Assembly (NCBI GenBank): GCA_965277805.1
Contig: OZ255842.1
Span: 2,304,001-2,368,000 of the forward strand
DNA length: 64,000 nt
From: Candidatus Lustribacter sp.
GTDB taxonomy: Bacteria; Vulcanimicrobiota; Vulcanimicrobiia; Vulcanimicrobiales; Vulcanimicrobiaceae
Direction: 5' to 3'
Positions 59,134-64,000 of the stretch are shown here, one piece after another. The notes under the pieces are model-generated. The model did not search any database. It saw nothing but the letters and a program-made list of their open reading frames with translations, and was not told the origin of the DNA. Made by a program: the position numbers and the translations under genes. Position 1 is the first letter of the stretch; every line of letters starts with the position of its first letter.

Positions 59134-60099
59134 TTACTCGCGCGAGGCCGGTTGTGGCGCGAAGTGCTCGAGCAGAAAGTTTCGGAAGCGGCGGGCCCGG
59201 GGCGAAAGCGGGATCGAACTTCGCCGAACCAGCGAAAACGGGTAGTCGAGGAAGTCCGCTTCGATCGGCAGCCGGACGAACGCGCCGCTGGCCAGCTCGT
59301 CGTGGACTGCCGTCTCGAACAGCATGCCGACCCCGAGGTTCCGGCTCACCATGTGTTTCACGCCCTCATAGGAGAGAAACTCGACGGTATTCTCGCGCGT
59401 GAAGCCCAACTGCTCGAGCCCTTCGAAGACTAGCGGCCACTCGCCGGCGATGGATTTCGAGATCAGCTTGTAGCTGGGCAACGCATCGGTCAGCCGCGCG
59501 CGCTTCTTCAACAGCGGGTGCGCCGGCGTAACGAACAAGACGAACCGGTCGGTGTAGAGCGTTTCGACGAGCAGATCGGGCGTCGGCTGCGCGTGGGTCA
59601 CGACCGCGAGATCGTAGCTGCCGCCCGCGAATATCTCGAGCGCCCCGCCGCGAAAGCGCACGTCGGTTTCGACGCGCTCGCCCGGGAACTGCTGCAAGTA
59701 CGATGCGATGACGTCGGGCAGCACGTAACTGCCGGGCGTTCCCGACGCGAGCAGCCGCACGGGCTGCGCTTCGCCGCTCAATCCCAGCGTGCACATTTGT
59801 TCGAGCGCGTCGTATTTCGCCAAGATCTCGTTCGCGAGGGCCGCCACGTCGCGGCCCGCGGGGGTGAGGCTCAGCCGTCGTCCGTCGTGCGTAACCAGCG
59901 GAATGCCGGAGCGCTGTTCGGCCGTGCGCAAGTGTTTGCTGATAGCCGGCTGCTCGAGCGAAAGGCGTTCCGCGACCTCGAGCTGGGTGCAGCCGTTCGC
60001 GAGGTGCACCAAGATCTGCAGATCCTTGATCGAGAAGGCGGCCGCGTGCCGATAGGGCCCCGAACCGTTGGCCATGGCGGGCGCGTTCTCGCTGAGCAC
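59134..60099 (-). CDS. LysR family regulator
   Basis: QPAISK, LTPAG, ASGTPGSYVLP, EGVK.MV...LGVG; alternative start ATG at 60075. Confidence 0.88.
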   Translation of the reverse strand: MLSENAPAMANGSGPYRHAAAFSIKDLQILVHLANGCTQLEVAERLSLEQPAISKHLRTAEQRSGIPLVTHDGRRLSLTPAGRDVAALANEILAKYDALEQMCTLGLSGEAQPVRLLASGTPGSYVLPDVIASYLQQFPGERVETDVRFRGGALEIFAGGSYDLAVVTHAQPTPDLLVETLYTDRFVLFVTPAHPLLKKRARLTDALPSYKLISKSIAGEWPLVFEGLEQLGFTRENTVEFLSYEGVKHMVSRNLGVGMLFETAVHDELASGAFVRLPIEADFLDYPFSLVRRSSIPLSPRARRFRNFLLEHFAPQPASRE

Positions 60100-60131
60100 A
60101 CCGGCACCCCGCCCGGGCTCGGACGCGGCAC

Positions 60132-60623
60132 TTGCGCGAACTGCCCTATCCGGAGTGGCCGTTCGGAGGCGGGCACGTGTGCCCGACCATCACGGAAGAT
60201 GTAGCCGCCCGCCGCGATGAGGACGTGCAAATACTCGTTTCCGCGATGTTCGATGCCTGCCGCGATCTGTCGAACGCGCCGAACGGCCTGCTTCCCTATA
60301 CCGAGAAGTGCCTGGACGACCTCCGCAAGTATTCGCCGCTCGCGAGCGATGCCGAGATCGTGCGCCTCAATGAACGGCTAGCAGGTGAAATCGCGCCCTT
60401 TCCGGTACCGACAGCCGAGGGCATCGTCAATGCGCTTGCCGTGGTCACGACGCGATTTCCGGAGCTGTTGGAATACGACCCACTGATCGTGTGGGATCTC
60501 TCGTTCGCGCGTCAGTTAATGCGTGAACGCGGGCTGGTGGTTACCAAGCGAGCCGGTGACCCCACCGCGCCGAAGGTGCGCCCGGCAGGCGCTCTGAATG
60601 CGGACAATTCCCGGGCCAGGTAG
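60132..60623 (+). pseudogene. Probable C-terminal remnant of an NMT1/TauA-like binding protein
   Basis: Ends P.PTAEGI.NAL......PEL...DP...WDLSF.R.L, typical of a binding-protein C-terminus. No signal peptide or N-lobe; in-frame TGA at 60093-60095. Confidence 0.45.
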
Positions 60624-60657
60624 CTCCGGCGAAAGAATGATCTTGAGGACTGGGACT

Positions 60658-61422
60658 GTGGCGTTGGAGCGGCGCGCCAGAAAGTCGTCGCCGCGTCGTA
60701 TCGGCTCGATCGAAGTCGGATTCAAAATCGTGCGCGCCCTCGAGACGGCGGATGGGCTGCTTCCGCTGAAAGAGCTCTCGAAGCGCGCCGGCATGCCGCC
60801 GAGCAAGGCATATGCATACGTCGCGAGTTTCGTGCACGAAGGCATGCTGGTGCAAGATGAGGTTACGGGCCGTTACGGCCTCGGACCCTATGCGATGTCG
60901 ATCGGCATCGCGGCGCTGCGGCAATCGGAGCTCATCGACGAAACGCGGCGCGATGCGGCGTCAATCAGCGAGGCGACAACGTGCTCGGTGATCCTCTCCA
61001 CCTGGGGCAACCTCGGCGCGGCGATCGTCTATCGCGCCGACGGCAAACACCGCGGCCCAACCTCGATGCGCGTCGGATATGTCGTGCCGCTGTGGCGCTC
61101 GGCGACGGGCCGCATCTTCCTCGCCTATCTCCCGCCGCAAGACACCGCCCCACTACTCGCCCGAGAAGAGGGCCTCGAGTGGAATTCTCCGCCCGTCTCC
61201 GAGGAGAACGCGCGCGTCCGCGCTGACGGCTATGCGTTAACCCCGGAAAACAGCGAATTCGCGGGCATCGCGGCGCCGATCCTCGATCAGTACGGTCATA
61301 TCGTCGCGGCGCTGACGCTGAGCCGCCCGTTCGCGGACAACACAAGCGAGACGCGCCACAAGCTCGGTCAAATTACCAAAGACGCAGCGGACGCGATCGG
61401 CAAACGTATCGCGCACGCCTGA
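60658..61422 (+). CDS. IclR family regulator
   Basis: SIE.G..I..AL, L.ELS..AGM..SKA..Y, GRY.LG, SATGRIFLA, IAAPI.D..G....ALT; GTG at 60658 (or ATG at 60637). Confidence 0.9.
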   Translation: MALERRARKSSPRRIGSIEVGFKIVRALETADGLLPLKELSKRAGMPPSKAYAYVASFVHEGMLVQDEVTGRYGLGPYAMSIGIAALRQSELIDETRRDAASISEATTCSVILSTWGNLGAAIVYRADGKHRGPTSMRVGYVVPLWRSATGRIFLAYLPPQDTAPLLAREEGLEWNSPPVSEENARVRADGYALTPENSEFAGIAAPILDQYGHIVAALTLSRPFADNTSETRHKLGQITKDAADAIGKRIAHA

Positions 61423-61425
61423 CGC

Positions 61426-63066
61426 TCAGGTCGAGAAGCGGGTAAAGCCGGTCGCTTCCGCGCGCGCGCTGAAATCCGTTACCACGTTCACTACCGCACT
61501 CTGCCCGCGGGCCACGGCCTGCGCCGCCCGTTCGAGCGCGGGACGAATGTCATCGGGATTCTCGACGTATTCACCGTGACAGCCCAGCGCGACGGCCATC
61601 TGCTCGTAGTGCGTGTACCCGAGTTCGCGGCCGACTTTCTTGCGCTCCGGATCGCCCGTCCAACCGCCGTTCAAGCTGATGACGACGAGGATCGGCAGAT
61701 TATGCCGGGTCGCCGTGTCGAGTTCCATGCCGTTGAGACCGAACGCGCCGTCTCCGGTCAGCACGATCACTTGCGCGTCCGGTTTGGCCGCCTTCGCGCC
61801 GACGCCGAACGGCAGGCCGACACCCATCGTGCCGAACGGCCCGGAATTGAGCCGGTGGCCCGGAACGAACGACGGAATGCTCTGCCGGCCGTAATTGAGG
61901 ATTTCTTGTCCATCGACCACGAGAATCGCGTCGCGGTCCATAAAATCGCGGACTTCTTTGCAGAGCCGCAACGGATGGATCGGCACCTGCGCATTGGCCA
62001 GGTTCGCCTCGTTCTTCGCTTGCCGCTCGCGCTCGATTCCGCCGAGTTGCTCCCGCCACAGCGCATACGATGCTTTGACGCCCGGCCCGATCGCCGCAGT
62101 GAACTGAGCGAGTACCGTTGCCGCATCGCCGGCGATGCCGAGGTCGGCCGTACCGTTGGCGATTTCCGCCGGATCGATGTCGATGCGGATCTTCTTCGCA
62201 CTGCCTGATAGCCGCGGTGGTCGCCCGTAGCCGAAGACATAATTCAAGCGCGTGCCGACCACGATGTACAAGTCGGCTTCTTTGAACGCGGTTGAGCGCG
62301 CGCTCGCATAAAAGTATTCATGGTCTTCGGGTACGACGCCGCGGCCCTGCGGTGTCGTATAGAACGGCATGCCGGTCGCTTCGACGAAACGCTGCAGTTC
62401 GGCGGCGGCCCCCGACCAGATAACGCCGCTGCCGCTCAGCAACACCGGTTTGCGTGCCGCCTGCAAGAGTTCGAGCGCACGAGCGACGGCTGCGGCCGGG
62501 GCCGCCGGCTGCGCGAACAGCGCACCCTCCGAAACCTTGGGCCACTTGACGTCGCCTTCTTCTACTTCTTGATGGAGGACGTCCCCCGGCAAGTCGAGGT
62601 AGACGGGACCGGGTTTGCCGGATCGCGCTTGCGCAAACGCGCGATAGACGAACTCGGGAATCCGCTTGGCCGTGTAAACGCGTTCAGCCCATTTCGTCAC
62701 CGGCCGCATGATCGCGAGCTGATCGATCTCTTGAAACGCGCCGAGGCCGTATTGTTCGACGGGACTCGAGCCGCCCAACGCCACGACCGGCGCGCAATCG
62801 ATGAGTGCGTTGGCGAGACCGGTGGTCAGGTTGATCGAGCCGGGACCCGAACATGCCATGCACACGCCCGGCACACCGCGTAAGCGCGCATAGGCGTGCG
62901 CCATCATTGCGGCCGCTTGCTCGTGACGCACATCGATCATGCGGATGCCGTCGCGCTGAGCGACGCTCGCGGTCTCGATCATCGGACCGCCCATGATGAA
63001 GAACAAATCTTGAACGCCCTGCGCTCGCAGCGCCCGGACGAGCAGGTCAACGCCCTTGATTGCCAT
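61426..63066 (-). CDS. ThDP-dependent enzyme, oxalyl-CoA decarboxylase/2-hydroxyacyl-CoA lyase-like
   Basis: RHEQAAAMMA, SGPG..N, GAFQE.DQ, PGPVYLDLPGD, GTMGVG, GDGAFG..GME. Confidence 0.85.
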   Translation of the reverse strand: MAIKGVDLLVRALRAQGVQDLFFIMGGPMIETASVAQRDGIRMIDVRHEQAAAMMAHAYARLRGVPGVCMACSGPGSINLTTGLANALIDCAPVVALGGSSPVEQYGLGAFQEIDQLAIMRPVTKWAERVYTAKRIPEFVYRAFAQARSGKPGPVYLDLPGDVLHQEVEEGDVKWPKVSEGALFAQPAAPAAAVARALELLQAARKPVLLSGSGVIWSGAAAELQRFVEATGMPFYTTPQGRGVVPEDHEYFYASARSTAFKEADLYIVVGTRLNYVFGYGRPPRLSGSAKKIRIDIDPAEIANGTADLGIAGDAATVLAQFTAAIGPGVKASYALWREQLGGIERERQAKNEANLANAQVPIHPLRLCKEVRDFMDRDAILVVDGQEILNYGRQSIPSFVPGHRLNSGPFGTMGVGLPFGVGAKAAKPDAQVIVLTGDGAFGLNGMELDTATRHNLPILVVISLNGGWTGDPERKKVGRELGYTHYEQMAVALGCHGEYVENPDDIRPALERAAQAVARGQSAVVNVVTDFSARAEATGFTRFST

Positions 63067-63074
63067 CGTGCCCT

Positions 63075-64000
63075 TCAGATCGCCTTCTGTTCGCGCATCG
63101 CGTCGAGTTCGCCGGCTGAATATCCCAGCGCCGTATAGACCGCGTTCGTATGCTCGCCCAAGAGCGGCGACGCCGTCACGGGCACGCTGGACTCCGACAT
63201 GTGCACCGGCCAGCCCGGCATGGTGAAGTCGCCCCGCTTCTTATGCTGGACGGTAACGATAACCCCGCGGCGGCGCATCTCGGGATCGTTGGCGATCTCT
63301 TCGGTGTCGAAGACCGCGCCGGCCGGAATGCCGGCTTCGCCGAGCATCTTCATCACCGAACGCTTGTCGTGCTGAAGCGTCCACTCGCTGATCAGTTCGT
63401 CGATTGCCGCGCGGTTCTCATAACGTGCCCGGGGCGTCGAGAAGCGCGGATCTTCGGCGAGTTCGCTGCGTCCCATGAATTCCAGCAGCCGCTCCCAGTG
63501 ACGGCTGCCCGCGCGCGTGCTATAGATGAAGCAATAGTCGCTCGAACCCCCGCCTTTGCACGGATATGCTTCGCTGGGAGCAGTCGAGCCGATGACGCTC
63601 GCGTTGCCGTTGCGCATCGCCGGCTTACCGAAGAGCGCGTTGCTGGCAAATCCGATGCGCGCGAAGTTCGTAACGGTCTCTTGCATGACGACTTCGATTT
63701 TCTGGCCGCGCCCGGTAGATTCACGCTGGTAGAGCGCCGCCAGAATGCCGATCACCGCATGGAGACCGGCACCGGTGTCCCCGATCGTGGCGCCGGAACG
63801 CAGAGGGCGTCCGTCGGCCTCGCCGTTAATGGACATCGCGCCGCCCGTTGCCTGCGCGATCATGTCGAACGAGAGGTAGTTCGCGTAGGGTCCGTCCGGT
63901 GCGAAACCTTTGATCTGGGCGAAGATGATCCGCGGATTGATCTTGGACACTTCTTCGTAGCTAAAACCGAGCCGCTCGATAACACCCGGCCCGAAATTCT
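63075..64000 (-). CDS. Family III CoA-transferase (CaiB/BaiF, formyl-CoA transferase-like); 5' end beyond the window
   Basis: NFGPG..ERLG, INPR.I....KGF..GPY, FD..AQA.GG.MS.G, D..AG, PLLGEHT. Confidence 0.88.
   Translation of the reverse strand, partial: NFGPGVIERLGFSYEEVSKINPRIIFAQIKGFAPDGPYANYLSFDMIAQATGGAMSINGEADGRPLRSGATIGDTGAGLHAVIGILAALYQRESTGRGQKIEVVMQETVTNFARIGFASNALFGKPAMRNGNASVIGSTAPSEAYPCKGGGSSDYCFIYSTRAGSRHWERLLEFMGRSELAEDPRFSTPRARYENRAAIDELISEWTLQHDKRSVMKMLGEAGIPAGAVFDTEEIANDPEMRRRGVIVTVQHKKRGDFTMPGWPVHMSESSVPVTASPLLGEHTNAVYTALGYSAGELDAMREQKAI

Overview
This is a GC-rich, densely coding bacterial window with about 65 genes. It is almost entirely an uptake-and-catabolism region, apparently for aromatic or heterocyclic compounds. 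The style resembles soil 'Ca. Eremiobacterota'-like genomes, but that is an unverified impression. Enzymes include three Rieske oxygenase alpha subunits of the phthalate-dioxygenase/LigX type (no reductase seen), a Rieske ferredoxin paired with an amidohydrolase-fold protein, and four 4,5-dihydroxyphthalate-decarboxylase-like genes (one frameshifted). Also present are VOC, meta-cleavage-hydrolase-like, PcaD-like, FAH, class II aldolase, DHDPS-like and ALDH enzymes, a hydantoinase/oxoprolinase A+B pair, a divergent PyrD-like flavoprotein, and oxc/frc-like genes. Transport comprises a Liv-type ABC system, three NitT/TauT ABC cores with ten intact binding proteins, three MFS transporters and a short-chain CHR pair. 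Regulators are GntR, TetR, IclR and three LysR. The best candidate for an undescribed system is a pair of paralogous, His-motif-rich ~370-aa proteins of unrecognised family (44586-45689 and 52411-53529), each inside a Rieske-oxygenase operon. Other notable signals are a dispersed TGTCAT-hairpin repeat with local C/G skew and a shared AT-rich operator. No CRISPR array, IS element, rRNA or tRNA was recognised. All calls come from reading motifs by eye; no database search was run.
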